From: an uncultured Acidobacteriota bacterium
Lineage (GTDB): Bacteria > Acidobacteriota > Thermoanaerobaculia > UBA5066 > Gp7-AA6
Assembly (NCBI GenBank): GCA_963764025.1
Contig: CAVXRK010000004.1
Span: 586,178 to 650,177, forward strand
Length of the DNA stretch: 64,000 bases
Reading direction: 5' to 3'
Part shown: positions 50,183 to 59,693 of the stretch, piece by piece
How the letters are laid out: the number at the start of each line of letters is the position of its first letter
How positions within the stretch are numbered: position 1 is the stretch's first letter
The notes under the pieces: generated by a model
The model's input: the letters and a program-made list of their open reading frames with translations, nothing else
The model's database searches: none
What the model was told of the DNA's origin: nothing
Translations under genes and position numbers: made by a program

Positions 50183-51331
50183 CCCTTCTTCGGTCCGTCC
50201 TTGCCGGGGCCTCTCCTTCTCGATGATGACCCGGTCGCCTTCCTTGATCTGCCGCAGCACCTTGAAGGGCCCCGTCACGATCTCCTGGCCGACGGCCGGG
50301 CCCGACTTGACCTCGATCATGAGCTCGCCGGCGATTCCCGGCTCGACCTTCGTGAAGGCGATCTTGCCGTCCTTGATGGTGTACACGCCTTCCTCGGTCT
50401 CGGGGCGGCCGGTCGACGGCGCCTTGCCCTTCTTGTCGACGTCGCGGACGATGAGCGCCTGGATCGGGATCGTCGTCGCGCCGTCGCGGCGGCCGGTGAC
50501 GATGTCGGCCGTCACCGAGAAGCCGGGGCGAATCGTGTCCGGCGGGTTGTCGATCTTGATCTTGACCTTGAAGTTGATCGCCTCCGAATTGGCGGTCAGC
50601 GCGAGCAGGTCCGGGTCGTTCTTGGGGATCGGCGAGGAGCCGACTTCGGTGACCGTGCCGACGAACTTGGTGTTCGGGTAGGCGTCGATCGAGAGGGTCG
50701 CCTTCTGGCCGATCTTGACCTGCGGCACGGAGGTCTCGTCGACCATCATGACCGCCTCGACCGTCGCCATGTCGGAAATCGTCATGAGCTGCGTGCCCGC
50801 GTTGTTCATGGTGCCGATGACCGTGACCTCGCCCTCCTTGATCGGAAGCGCCGTCACGACGCCTTCGAGCGGCGCCGTCACGGTGGTCTTCGACAGCGAG
50901 TCGCGGCTCGCCACGAGGCTCGCCGAGGTGGAGCGCATGCGCTGCTCGGTGGCCGCGAGCGTCGCCTCCGCCGTGTCGAGGTTCGACTTGGCCTTCTGCA
51001 GGTCGGCCTCGGCGAGGATGTTGCCCTTGAAGTTCGCGGCGGCGCGTTCGTAGTCGAACTTCGCCTGCGCCGCGGTCGCCTTGGCCGCGTCGAGGTCGTG
51101 GCGCATCGCCTCGAGATTCGACTCCGCCCCCTGGGCCTGGGCGGCGAGCTGCGCGCGGTCGATCTGGAGAAGGAGCTGGCCTTTCTTGACGTGGTCGCCT
51201 TCCTTGACGGCGAGGTTCACGATCTGCCCCATGACCAGGGCGGACATGTCGACCTTGCGCTGGGCCTGGATCTTGCCGTTGGCCGTGACTTTGGAAACGA
51301 GGTCCAGCTTCTCGACCTTGGCGGTCGTCAC
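50183..51331 (-). CDS. HlyD/MacA-like periplasmic adaptor (membrane fusion protein), translationally fused to the downstream permease in this sequence
   Basis: MTTAKVEKLDLVSKVTANGKIQAQRKVDMSALVMGQIVNLAVKEGDHVKKGQLLLQIDRAQLAAQAQ..(coiled coil)..VTAPLEGVV..beta-barrel..KEGDRVIIEKERPRQGRTEEG. Reads straight into the permease as one 787-aa ORF. Confidence 0.65.
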
Positions 51332-51561
51332 GCGCGGGACGTCCTTGTCCCGGCCTGCGGATGAAGGCGGTCAGGGCGCCGATGACGGCGACCCCCAGGA
51401 TGGCCCCCCCGATGATTTTGGTCCTCTTCGACATGGCCCTCAATCCTCCGGTCTAACGCGGTTTTCCTGCGTATTCCTTTCTACGGAACGGCTCCGGGAA
51501 AGTTCAATTCCCCGGAGCCCATTGAAAAGACTGGGGCTTTTCGCTAGCCTTCCGCTCCCCT

Positions 51562-51638
51562 GCGCCCATAGCTCAATTGGATAGAGCGTCTGACTACGGA
51601 TCAGGAGGTTGGGGGTTCGACTCCCTCTGGGCGCACCA
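51562..51638 (+). tRNA. tRNA-Arg (anticodon ACG)
   Basis: gcgcccatagctcaattggatagagcgtctgaCTACGGAtcaggaggttgggggttcgactccctctgggcgcacca. Acceptor gcgccca/tgggcgc. Anticodon loop ctACGga. CCA encoded. Confidence 0.9.
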
Positions 51639-51693
51639 CTTCGAACTGGAGTAGCCTCCCCGCGATGTCTTTCACGACCAGGACCGCCGTTTC

Positions 51694-52122
51694 ATGGCCG
51701 AGGCCCTGGCCTTCGCCCGGATCGCCTACGCCGAGCAGGAGGTCCCGATCGGGGCAGTCGTCGTCCGGGGCGGCCGGATGATCGGCCGGGGGCGCAACCG
51801 GCGCGAACGGCTGGCCGACCCGACCCACCACGCCGAGATCGAGGCCATCCGGGAGGCCGCCCGGGAAGTCGGCCACTGGCGCCTCGAGGATTGCACTCTC
51901 TACGCCACCCTGGAGCCCTGCCCGATGTGCGCCGGCGCCGCGGTCAACGCCCGGATCCGCCGGATCGTCTTCGGTTGCACGGACCCCAAGGCCGGATACT
52001 GCGGGACCCTCGGCAACATCCCGGGAGACGCGCGGCTGAACCACCGACCCCAGGTCGAGGGAGGACTGCTGGCCGAAGAGTCGGCCGACATGCTCAAACA
52101 GTTCTTCCAGGCGAAACGCTGA
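51694..52122 (+). CDS. tadA: tRNA-specific adenosine deaminase TadA
   Basis: MAEALAFARIAYAEQEVPIGAVVVRGGRMIGRGRNRRE...HAEIEAIREAAR...TLYATLEPCPMCAGA (HAE and PCxxC zinc motifs). Confidence 0.85.
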   Translation: MAEALAFARIAYAEQEVPIGAVVVRGGRMIGRGRNRRERLADPTHHAEIEAIREAAREVGHWRLEDCTLYATLEPCPMCAGAAVNARIRRIVFGCTDPKAGYCGTLGNIPGDARLNHRPQVEGGLLAEESADMLKQFFQAKR

Positions 52123-52130
52123 GGGCTGAC

Positions 52131-52153
52131 GGGGTCAGGTCTTCATTTTTCGG
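52131..52153 (+). repeat. Solo arm of repeat family A (ggggtcaggtcttcatttttcgg)
   Basis: Identical to the left arm at 1229-1251. Confidence 0.6.
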
Positions 52154-52175
52154 TTCCCGATCGAAGCCCGCCGGG

Positions 52176-52562
52176 TCAGGCCCGCTGGTAGATCTGGATC
52201 AGGTTGCCGCAGGTGTCGGCGAAGACCGCCATCGTGACGGGCCCGGCCGGAGTCGGCTCCATGGTGAACGCCACGCCCTTCTCCTTGAGCTTCGCGCACT
52301 CGCCCCGGATGTCGGACGACTCGAATGCCGCGAGCGGGATCCCCTGGGCGAACATCGCCTCCTGGAACTTTTTCGCCGCCGGGTTCGCGTTGGGCTCCAG
52401 CGCGAGCTGCACGTCGTCGCCCCCCTCCGGCGAGACGACGGTGATCCACCGGTACTCGCCGACGGGAAAGTCGAGCTTCGTCTTGAATCCCAGGACCTCC
52501 GTGTAGAACTTCTGCGCCCGGGCTTGGTCCTGGACCATGACGCTCGTCAGCTTGATCTTCAT
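52176..52562 (-). CDS. VOC-family (glyoxalase/bleomycin-resistance fold) protein
   Basis: MKIKLTSVMVQDQARAQKFYTEVLGFKTKLDFPVGEYRWITVVSPEGGDDVQLALEPN...FESSDIRGECAKLKEKGVAFTMEP...IQIYQRA, 128 aa. Confidence 0.75.
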   Translation of the reverse strand: MKIKLTSVMVQDQARAQKFYTEVLGFKTKLDFPVGEYRWITVVSPEGGDDVQLALEPNANPAAKKFQEAMFAQGIPLAAFESSDIRGECAKLKEKGVAFTMEPTPAGPVTMAVFADTCGNLIQIYQRA

Positions 52563-52615
52563 CGTCTCGCCCCTTTCTGCTCCGACCGGGCGGGAGTCTG
52601 CCCGAAGGCCGGGAG

Positions 52616-53101
52616 TCAGGCTTCTCGAAAACTGCGAAACGCCGACCGGGGCAGGCGGCCCATGAGCGACAAGCAGCCCGGGAAGAGCTCCTTCGGCAAC
52701 CCGCCGGGCACGCGGACCATCGACCGGGCCCGCCGCCGGAAGCCCGACGGCGTCTCGCCGACGCGGCGCGTGAAGAGATCGCTGAAGCTGCCGAGGCTCG
52801 AGAAGCCGACCTCCATGCAAACTTCCGTGACGGAAAGTTCGCCAATGGCCAGCAGACGCCGGGCCCGATCGAGCCGCGCCTCGATTCGGTACTGATGCGG
52901 CGTCGAGCCGAACAGGGCATCGAACTGGCGGATGAGGTGGAAAGGCGAGATCCCGACCAGCCGAGCCACTTCCTCGACCGACGGGGATCGGTCGGAGATC
53001 CGCTGCAGGACCTCCCGGCGGCGCGGCAAAGTGCCCGGAAGGACTCGGGCGAGAGCCTCATCGAAGACAAAGTCTAGCCGCAGACCAATCCGAAAGATCA
53101 C
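52616..53101 (-). CDS. AraC-family HTH regulator, apparently lacking the usual N-terminal sensor domain
   Basis: Possible GTG start at 53099-53101. ..EEVARLVGISPFHLIRQFDALFGSTPHQYRIEARLDRARRLLAIGELSVTEVCMEVGFSSLGSFSDLFTRRVGETP (tandem AraC HTH). The longer ORF-track N-terminus is translation of a family-A repeat arm. Confidence 0.5.
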   Translation of the reverse strand: MIFRIGLRLDFVFDEALARVLPGTLPRRREVLQRISDRSPSVEEVARLVGISPFHLIRQFDALFGSTPHQYRIEARLDRARRLLAIGELSVTEVCMEVGFSSLGSFSDLFTRRVGETPSGFRRRARSMVRVPGGLPKELFPGCLSLMGRLPRSAFRSFREA

Positions 53102-53127
53102 GGGGTCAGGTCTCGATTTTTCGGTCT
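53102..53127 (+). repeat. Solo arm of repeat family A (ggggtcaggtctcgatttttcggtc)
   Basis: Adjacent to the tRNA-Ser repeat complex and to the 5' end of the AraC-like gene. Confidence 0.6.
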
Positions 53128-53174
53128 TCGGACCTGGGTGGGGTCGGCACCTGACTTCACGCTCGGTTTCCGCG

Positions 53175-53619
53175 CTAGGATGCGCCCCTTCCACCCGAGC
53201 GGAGAGGTGCTGGAGTGGTTGATCAAGCCGGTCTCGAGCCGACCACCGACCCGACCACCGAAGGCAGGCCCCCGGCAGTAGGGAACGCCGTGCGAAGCAC
53301 GGCGGTTTCGGCAGACCCCCAGCAGTAGGCAGCGTCGCGCGAAGCGCGGCGCTTACGCGGTAGGCCCGACCGGGCTGCCACTTTCAGCGCACCTGACATC
53401 GCGCCCCGATTCCGCTAGGATTCGCCGTCCCACCCGCGCGGAGAGGTGCTGGAGTGGTTGATCAGGCCGGTCTCGAGCCGACCACCAGAGGCAGACCCCC
53501 GGCAGTAGGCAGCGTCGCGCGAAGCGCGGCGCTTACCCGGTAGGCCCGACCGGGCTGCCACTTTCAGCGCACCTGACATCGCGCCCGGATTCCGCTAGGA
53601 TTCGCCGTCCCACCCGCGC
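53175..53619 (+). repeat. Tandem repeat (units of about 239 and 180 bp) duplicating the upstream region plus the first 37 nt of tRNA-Ser, each fused at the anticodon loop to a family-B-containing ~100-bp element
   Basis: cgctagga...ccacccg.gcGGAGAGGTGCTGGAGTGGTTGATCA.GCCGGTCTCGA|gccgaccacc..cagtaggcagcgtcgcgcgaagcgcggcgcttac.cggtaggcccgaccgggctgccactttcagcgcacctgacatcgcgccc.gattc occurs twice (5' halves begin at 53201 and 53440) before the complete tRNA at 53620. Confidence 0.85.
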
Positions 53620-53709
53620 GGAGAGGTGCTGGAGTGGTTGATCAGGCCGGTCTCGAAAACCGGTAGGCCCGAAAGGGTCTCGTGGGTTCAAATCCCACCC
53701 TCTCCGCCA
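53620..53709 (+). tRNA. tRNA-Ser (anticodon CGA), class II with long variable arm
   Basis: ggagaggtgctggagtggttgatcaggccggtCTCGAaaaccggtaggcccgaaagggtctcgtgggttcaaatcccaccctctccgcca. Confidence 0.9.
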
Positions 53710-53881
53710 TTAATGCTGCCTCGAGACAGTCGTGGGTTCACCCGACCACCAGCGGCAGACCCCCGGCCGTAGGGAGCCGACCAGCGGAGATCCACCCCCC
53801 GGCCGTAGGCAACGCTGGTCCGAAGGCCAGCGGTAACCCACGCTGCGCGCAGCGCAGCGGTAAATCCCACCCTCTCCGCCA
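53710..53881 (+). repeat. Downstream repeat block: two family-B cores and a duplicated 3' end of tRNA-Ser (att-like)
   Basis: ..gaccaccagcggcagacccccggccgtaggg.. and ..caccccccggccgtaggcaac.. followed by aaatcccaccctctccgcca (53862-53881), identical to the last 20 nt of the tRNA. Confidence 0.75.
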
Positions 53882-53967
53882 CTTCGATCCACCTGCCGAA
53901 GGTCACCGGATCGGATCGATCGGCGTGCGCTTGGGCTCCTTGCCGAAGCGGATCCGGGACTTCTCGA

Positions 53968-54207
53968 TCATGCTTGCGGATCTCGACATCGCGATCCTTC
54001 GGCGGGGCGCTGCGTCACCCACCCATGGACCAGGCGCTCGGCCGCCGCAGCGACCTCGTCCACCGTGCGATGGAACAACGCTTCATTGGCGCGCGAGGGT
54101 TTGTTGGCCCCGCTCAGCTTGCGGACGAACTGAAGCGAGGAGGCTCGGATCTCGGCCGCGGTGGCCGGGGGCGCGAAGTTGGCCAGGGTACGGATGTTGC
54201 GGCACAT
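53968..54207 (-). CDS. DUF2277-family small protein
   Basis: MCRNIRTLANFAPPATAAEIRASSLQFVRKLSGANKPSRANEALFHRTVDEVAAAAERLV... (MCRNI.TL.NF.PPAT signature). Confidence 0.7.
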   Translation of the reverse strand: MCRNIRTLANFAPPATAAEIRASSLQFVRKLSGANKPSRANEALFHRTVDEVAAAAERLVHGWVTQRPAEGSRCRDPQA

Positions 54208-54299
54208 GCGTCCAGACTAACCCAGCCCCCCGGGGACGGCTGGTGTCCGACTTTCCTTAAACCCCGCCCCAAGGAATCCGTAATAATCCGCGAGCCCCC

Positions 54300-55226
<927 letters not shown>

Positions 55227-55233
55227 GGCCCGA

Positions 55234-56558
55234 ATGAACTGGAAGAAGACCTTCGCGATCGTCCGGCGGGAGTACATCGAGCGTGTCCGCACGAAGTCGT
55301 TCTGGATCGCGACGCTCCTCATCCCCTTCCTCTTCCTCGCGTACATCGCGTTCCAGATCTCCTCGTCCCGCAAGACCGGCGGCGAGCGGACGATCGTCGT
55401 CGTCGACCAGACCGGCACGCTCTACGCCCCGCTCGAGAAGGAGCTCGCGGCGACCGAAGCCGAACAACAGGCGAAGGGCTCCGGAAACAAGGGGCCGCAC
55501 TGGAACCTGAAGCCCGCAGCGGCCGGCGGAGATCTCGAGGCGACGAAGGAAGGCTTCGCCAGCAGGTGCTCGCGAAGAAGATCAACGGCTACCTGGTCCT
55601 CGAGCCGCAGAAGATCAAGAACGACGAGGTCGAGTACTACTCGACGACGGTCTCGGACTTCATCGCCTTGAACCAGCTCGAACGCTCCCTCAACCGCGTG
55701 CGGATGCGCGAGAAGATGCAGGACCGCGGTCTGCCGACGGATCTCGCCGGCGAGCTCGAGAAGCGCGTCGACTTCAAGGCGTTCAAGGTGACCGAGAAGG
55801 GCACCTCCGAGGAGAAGGGAGCCGGCATCATCGCCGCGATCATTTTCATGGTCCTGATGTACACGACCTTCTTCGTGTACGGCGGCCAGGTCATGCGCGG
55901 CGTCATCGAGGAGAAGTCGAGCCGGATCGTCGAGATCATCATCGCTTCCGTGCGGCCGACCGAGCTCATGCTCGGCAAGATCATCGGCATCGGTCTCGTC
56001 GGCCTGACGCAGTACCTGGTCTGGTCGATTCTCGCGATGAACCTGTCGCTCCCCGGAATCGCCACCGTCCTCTCGTCGAGCGACATGGGCGTTCCCCGGA
56101 TCCCGGTCGCGATGCTCGGCTACTTCATCCTGTTCTTCGTGCTCGGCTACTTCGTCTACGCCAGCGTCTACACGACGATCGCGGCGCCGTTCAACAGCGA
56201 GCAGGAAGCCACGCAGTTCATGATGATCCCGATCGTCCTCATCCTCGCCGGCTTCATGGTGTACCCGGCCGTGATGAACAACCCCAACGGCAACGTGGCG
56301 CTCTTCTTCTCCCTCTTCCCCTTCACGTCCTCGCTCGTCATGTTCCTGCGAACGGCCGTCTCCGAGCCCCCCGCCTGGCAGGTCCTGCTGTCGATCTTTC
56401 TTCTGATCGCGACGACGGTCGGCCTCGCCTGGTTCGCCGGCCGCGTCTACCGCGTCGGCATCCTCATGTACGGCAAGAAGCCCACGATCCCCGAGATCCT
56501 CCGGTGGGTGCGGTACACCCCCGGCAAGGTCGCCCAGCCGGCGGCGAAGGCGCCGTAG
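55234..56558 (+). pseudogene. ABC-2 family (NatB-like) transporter permease with a 1-bp frameshift near 55558
   Basis: 145-aa N-terminal ORF (MNWKKTFAIVRREYIERVRTKSFWIATLLIPFLFLAYIAF...EATKEGFAS) then a frame change to ..QVLAKKINGYLVLEPQKI..(6 TM)..VGILMYGKKPTIPEILRW. Confidence 0.75.
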
Positions 56559-56626
56559 GAAGGGCACGGGGGGGGGCACCGGGTTGCCCCTTTCGCCTTG
56601 CCTGTGCTAACTTCCGCGCCCCGTTC

Positions 56627-56701
56627 GGCCCATTCGTCTAACGGTTAGGACGCGGCCCTCTCAAGGCCGAAATACGGGTTCGATTCCCGTATGGGCTACC
56701 A
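56627..56701 (+). tRNA. tRNA-Glu (anticodon CTC)
   Basis: ggcccattcgtctaacggttaggacgcggccctCTCaaggccgaaatacgggttcgattcccgtatgggctacca. Confidence 0.85.
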
Positions 56702-56729
56702 CGATCTCCCGGCGCGATAAGTTGGGCGC

Positions 56730-56823
56730 CGCGTCCTACGGACGCAGCCCTCTCAAGGCGGCATCCTCTGTACCGCGCGCCCTTCCGGGCGCGACACGGG
56801 TTCGACTCCCGTGGGGGCTACCA
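56730..56823 (+). pseudogene. tRNA-like sequence / pseudo-tRNA: tRNA-Glu anticodon and 3' portion with an inserted GC hairpin, no matching 5' acceptor strand
   Basis: ggacgcagccctctcaaggc matches the tRNA-Glu D/anticodon region. A hairpin ccgcgcgcccttccgggcgcg follows, then acacgggttcgactcccgtgggggctacca (T-arm, 3' acceptor, CCA). Upstream lacks the complementary agccccc. Confidence 0.45.
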
Positions 56824-56875
56824 CTCAAATCAAAGGCCTTAGCCTCGCGCTCGGCCTCCCCTTGCATGTTGGCAA

Positions 56876-56901
56876 TCCGTGCGCTATATACTGAACTATA
56901 T
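56876..56901. promoter_or_regulatory. 26-bp near-perfect palindrome (tatactgaactatatggttcagtata) overlapping the ArsR start, putative autoregulatory operator; TATACT -10-like
   Basis: ArsR/SmtB regulators bind 12-2-12 inverted repeats at their own promoters. Confidence 0.45.
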
Positions 56902-57265
56902 GGTTCAGTATACGCGGGCCTGCCTCGATGCCTCGTTCGCCGCGCTCTCGGACGCCACCCGACGCGGCGTTCTGGAGCAGCTCGGCCGTTCCGACGCTTC
57001 GATCACGGACCTTGCCGAGAGGTTCCACATGACCCTCACGGGCATGAAGAAGCACGTCGGCGTCTTGGAGCAGGCCGGGCTCGTCGCCACGGAAAAGGTC
57101 GGGCGCGTGCGGACCTGCAAGATCGGCCCGCGCCGATTGGAGGAAGAGACGGCCTGGATCGAGAGGTATCGCCAGCTTTGGGACGCACGCTTCGACGAGT
57201 TGGACAAGGTTGTCGAGGAATTGAAACGGAAGGAGAAGGTCGATGGACGCAAGAAGAGAGAGTGA
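56900..57265 (+). CDS. ArsR/SmtB-family transcriptional regulator
   Basis: MVQYTRACLDASFAALSDATRRGVLEQLGRSDASITDLAERFHMTLTGMKKHVGVLEQAGLVATEKVGRVRTCKI (HTH). Confidence 0.8.
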   Translation: MVQYTRACLDASFAALSDATRRGVLEQLGRSDASITDLAERFHMTLTGMKKHVGVLEQAGLVATEKVGRVRTCKIGPRRLEEETAWIERYRQLWDARFDELDKVVEELKRKEKVDGRKKRE

Positions 57266-57275
57266 GGTTGCCCCC

Positions 57276-57758
57276 ATGAAGAACCGTACGACGGTGGAGC
57301 GGAAGTCCGAGCGTGAGCTCGTCGTCACGCGAACTTTCAACGGCCCGGCGCGCCTCGTGTTCGAGGCGTGGACCAAGCCCGAGCTGTTCAGGCAGTGGTG
57401 GGTGCCGAAGTCGATGGGAATGTCCCTGCTTTCCTGCGAAATGGATGTTCGTGTCGGGGGCAGGTACCGTTTGGAGTTCGCACACGGGGACTCACAGTCG
57501 GCGTTCTTCGGCACGTACAAGGAAGTAACACCGCACTCGCGCCTCGTCTGGACCAATGAGGAAAGTGACGAGGGTTCCGTCACGACGGTGACCTTCGCGG
57601 AAAAAGGCGGCAAGACGTTGCTGGTCATGCACGAGCTTTATCCCTCGAAGGAAGCTCTCGACGCCGCCGGCACCGGGGCGGCGGATGCGATGGGAGAGAC
57701 GTTCGAGCAACTGGACGAGCTTCTCGTCACCCTGGGCGCGAGCGTGGGACGGTCATGA
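57276..57758 (+). CDS. SRPBCC/AHSA1-family protein (activator of Hsp90 ATPase homolog-like)
   Basis: SD agagagagtgagg. MKNRTTVERKSERELVVTRTFNGPARLVFEAWTKPELFRQWWVP......HGDSQSAFFGTYKEVTPHSRLVWT. Confidence 0.75.
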   Translation: MKNRTTVERKSERELVVTRTFNGPARLVFEAWTKPELFRQWWVPKSMGMSLLSCEMDVRVGGRYRLEFAHGDSQSAFFGTYKEVTPHSRLVWTNEESDEGSVTTVTFAEKGGKTLLVMHELYPSKEALDAAGTGAADAMGETFEQLDELLVTLGASVGRS

Positions 57759-58165
57759 AGTCGTCGACTTCCGGTCCGCCGCCTGGCTCATTCGTTCTAA
57801 CTTCGGTCCCTCGTGGCACACCCATAAGCGAGTGGGCAATCGGTCCTCATGGCTGACCTCGCGCGCTGCTTGCCCCGGCCGGCATGGCTCACATGCAGGC
57901 CGGGGCTACCGGGCCGCGCCGTGAAAATTCGACGATGACGTTCTCGATCGGGGCGCCCTCGACGTGGGCCGTCTTGACTCGCCTCCTTGGTCCCACGACC
58001 CTGCTTCGGCAACGACCTGCTCCGGTTCTCGGTCCGTCCGGCGCCCCCCGAAGTCACGGGGGGCGCCGGCATCACCATCCGCGCACGCGTAGCAAGACTT
58101 GGGATCAAGCGGCGCGAAGCGACTCGAGATCCCGCAGGAACTGGGCCAGCTGGTTCCATGTAGGG

Positions 58166-58180
58166 CCCGTATGGGCTACC
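58166..58180 (+). other. 15-nt direct repeat of the tRNA-Glu 3' end (cccgtatgggctacc), att-like island boundary
   Basis: Identical to 56686-56700 within tRNA-Glu. Lies 1.46 kb downstream of it. Confidence 0.55.
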
Positions 58181-58249
58181 GCTTCCAGCCGGCTTTGTCA
58201 GCGATCGCTGCGTCCTGGGACGCGCCGAGCATTAGCGTCGTGAGCGCGG

Positions 58250-59608
58250 TCAGAACTCGCGTGGCAGGTCCATTTTTTTCAGGCGATCGTCAAATCGCGG
58301 ATCATCGCGCAGGCCGTCCCAATCCGGTGCGACCGCCAGGTGAACCAGTGCCGGGTCGCGCTGCGCGATGGCCTGATCAAGGCAGTCGAACGCTTCATCG
58401 AGCCGGCCTGCTGCCCCATAAATTCTGGCGCGGAAGAATGGCATCTTGAGCAACACGTCGAAGTCCAGCTGCGGGTTCGGGATTTGTTCCACCCAGAATC
58501 GGTTCACTCCGGAGAGGCCGGCAGTCGCGTACACCTGCTGCGCGTCCGCGGTGACCTGCTTCAACACCGCCACCATCTCTTCGGGTAATCCGAACTCGAT
58601 AGCCACGCTGACGGCCCAGGCGGCGAATCGATTGATGTCCCCGATCTTCAAATAGACGTAACTAATGAATTGGCACGCCTGCGCATGCTTTGGGTTGACG
58701 TCAATCGCTCGCTGGGCCCAGACAAGCGCGTCGGCGTACTTCCGCTGATTCCAATACGAGATGGCGATCTGCAGCAGAACGCCGGGCGATCGCGGATCGC
58801 GCGCGAGCGCCTGTTGCTTCGAACGCAGCCCATCGTCGAGCCGCCCAAGCGCTTCCTGGAGCGACCCATACTGCAGGAGCGCCTCGGTGTGATCCGGATT
58901 GATTTCGAGCGCATGGCGCAGGCTGCGCTCCGCCGCCGTCCAGTCCCACTCGCTGAGAAAAAGGACCGTGCCAAGGGCTACCTGCGCGTCCGCCGAGGCG
59001 CTGTCCATCGCCAGCGCGCGTAAGGCAGACGCCTTCGCCTCTGCAAACGCTTCCTGGTGCGGCACCGCGTGAGACGCTGCGAGCACGCACCGTGCGCGCG
59101 CCAGCCCGGCGTGCGCCGGCGCATAGGTCGGATCGATCTCGATCGCGGAACGAAAGGCGTCCACGGCGGCCGGCAGTTCGAAAAACGAGTCAGACAACAG
59201 GTGAGAGCGGCCGCGGCCGACAAGCTCGTAAAGTTCGACGGGTCGCGCCACGGCGCTCGATGCGAATGGCTTCTCGTCGTCCGAATCAAACCTGACTGCA
59301 GCGATGAAGCGGTACCCGGACCCCGCCACCGTTTCGATATAGATCGGCCGGTGGGCGTCCTCGTGAAGCGCCTTGCGCAGCGCCGACATGTGAACCGTGA
59401 GACCGCCTTCTTCGACGAATGACTCGGGCCAGATGCGCTTCAGCAATTCGTCCTTCGTGACCAGGCGGCCCCGCTGCTGCACCAACGCAACCAGCACATC
59501 GTAGGCCTTCGGTGACACGCGGACGACTTCCGCGCCGCGCAGGAGACGCCGCTCTCGCACGTCGAGCGTGAACTCGTCGAAATGAAATACCTCACTGCTG
59601 GTGGCCAT
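58250..59608 (-). CDS. Winged-helix (OmpR/CadC-type trans_reg_C) DNA-binding domain plus TPR-repeat regulator; lower-GC gene
   Basis: MATSSEVFHFDEFTLDVRERRLLRGAEVVRVSPKAYDVLVALVQQRGRLVTKDELLKRIWPESFVEEGGLTVHMSALRKAL.. then multiple TPR-like helices. Visibly more AT-rich than its surroundings. Confidence 0.7.
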   Translation of the reverse strand: MATSSEVFHFDEFTLDVRERRLLRGAEVVRVSPKAYDVLVALVQQRGRLVTKDELLKRIWPESFVEEGGLTVHMSALRKALHEDAHRPIYIETVAGSGYRFIAAVRFDSDDEKPFASSAVARPVELYELVGRGRSHLLSDSFFELPAAVDAFRSAIEIDPTYAPAHAGLARARCVLAASHAVPHQEAFAEAKASALRALAMDSASADAQVALGTVLFLSEWDWTAAERSLRHALEINPDHTEALLQYGSLQEALGRLDDGLRSKQQALARDPRSPGVLLQIAISYWNQRKYADALVWAQRAIDVNPKHAQACQFISYVYLKIGDINRFAAWAVSVAIEFGLPEEMVAVLKQVTADAQQVYATAGLSGVNRFWVEQIPNPQLDFDVLLKMPFFRARIYGAAGRLDEAFDCLDQAIAQRDPALVHLAVAPDWDGLRDDPRFDDRLKKMDLPREF

Positions 59609-59693
59609 CAGATTTCGGCGAATCTTAGCAAATCCTTAAGGACGCGTCACGGCCGGGACAGCTGTCATGAACGCGCTTTCAAAGGAGAAGAAA

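Noticed and set aside
48108-51443. 1111-aa minus-strand ORF
   Set aside because: It is an alternative frame of the adaptor/permease genes, with a low-complexity R/G/D-rich translation. The real genes are in the frame giving HlyD and FtsX signatures.
56730-56823. tRNA-Sec or other class II tRNA
   Set aside because: TCA cannot be placed at positions 34-36 with U33, and no 5' acceptor strand complementary to gggggct is present. Treated as a pseudo-tRNA or att remnant.
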